A stretch of 32,000 nucleotides of DNA from Pseudomonadales bacterium. Its GTDB lineage: Bacteria; Pseudomonadota; Gammaproteobacteria; Pseudomonadales; Pseudohongiellaceae. The stretch's first letter is position 1, and the number at the start of each line of letters is the position of its first letter. Positions 31,466 through 32,000 of this stretch are shown here, piece after piece. Position numbers and translations under genes: made by a program. The stretch lies in NCBI GenBank assembly GCA_022821865.1, contig JAJECW010000007.1, forward strand, positions 1 through 32,000, read 5' to 3'. Under the pieces are notes generated by a model, which ran no database searches, was not told where the DNA came from, and saw only the letters and a list, made by a program, of their open reading frames with translations.

Positions 31466-32000
31466 CTACTTCCAACTGAAGTCGCGCTGGATGCGGCCGA
31501 GGCGGCGGTAGAAGGAGTCGCTGGCTTCTCGGTCCGACTCGCCGTTGGGGAACAGCAGGCTGACGATGGGGATGATGAACAGCGGCAGCAGCAAGGTCAG
31601 GAAGGACGGGTCGGACCATTCGCCGAGATATACGATCAGTTCGTGCCACCACTGGGCGAAGCCGCCGGCGGTGGCGTTCTCCACATCGTCGAACAGGGTG
31701 TTGAACAGCCACATCGTCAGCCCGCCGGCGAAACCCGCGGCCATGCCCCAGAAGACGGCCGCCTCGGTGGTTCGTTTCCAGTAGAGCACATAGCCCACGG
31801 CGATGGCCGGCGGCACCACCATGGCGAAGCCGAGCAGCAGCAACTGCAGCACCGAGGTGATATTGCCGAGCCAGGCGATTACCGCGGCGGCGGAGCCATA
31901 GATGACGGTCACGATCTTGTAGGCCATCAGTTTCTTGTCAGAGGAGAAATTTTTCGAGCCTGGCACCCAGTCATTGACGAACATGGTCGCGCTCGCCAGC
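31466..32000 (-). CDS. Sodium:solute symporter family transporter, C-terminal part (gene continues beyond the window)
   Basis: The frame is open to the window edge. It has several hydrophobic helices (VLQLLLLGFAMVVPPAIAVGYVLYW, AAGFAGGLTMWLF) and a cytoplasmic tail. The family call is tentative. Confidence 0.55.
   Translation of the reverse strand, partial: LASATMFVNDWVPGSKNFSSDKKLMAYKIVTVIYGSAAAVIAWLGNITSVLQLLLLGFAMVVPPAIAVGYVLYWKRTTEAAVFWGMAAGFAGGLTMWLFNTLFDDVENATAGGFAQWWHELIVYLGEWSDPSFLTLLLPLFIIPIVSLLFPNGESDREASDSFYRRLGRIQRDFSWK

Overview
Visibly GC-rich chromosomal window with gammaproteobacterial-type synteny: argH lies divergent from hemC-hemD-hemX-hemY. I call about 32 protein genes. 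In order they are: a convergent RsbW-like kinase and STAS antagonist pair; a frameshifted Amt ammonium transporter; a secreted cupin; a full-length homologue of eukaryote-type sterol C24-methyltransferase (ERG6/SMT1 family); argH; hemCDXY; a cytochrome c - ChaN - DUF4159 operon; a lipoprotein DPP-IV peptidase, a class-A-beta-lactamase-fold serine hydrolase and an alanine/cation symporter; an ABM monooxygenase, enoyl-CoA hydratase, AMACR/CaiB-type CoA-transferase and alpha/beta hydrolase; a form-II-type coxS-L-M-D-E molybdo-hydroxylase operon preceded by coxG and a small membrane gene; a divergent ThDP enzyme; an orphan XRE HTH gene; vapBC; and a partial SSF transporter. I saw no rRNA, tRNA, CRISPR array, transposase, integrase or recognisable defence system. 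The main structure not explained by genes is a dense set of short, modular, palindromic intergenic repeats. They occupy roughly half of the intergenic gaps and are built from at least six reusable modules, named here M1-M4, C and D. One copy supplies the last codons and the stop codon of argH. Other candidates for new biology are the bacterial SMT homologue, which has a possible leaderless start, and the orphan Mo-hydroxylase / acyl-CoA / ThDP catabolic cluster. Family assignments come from motif recognition by eye, not from database searches.
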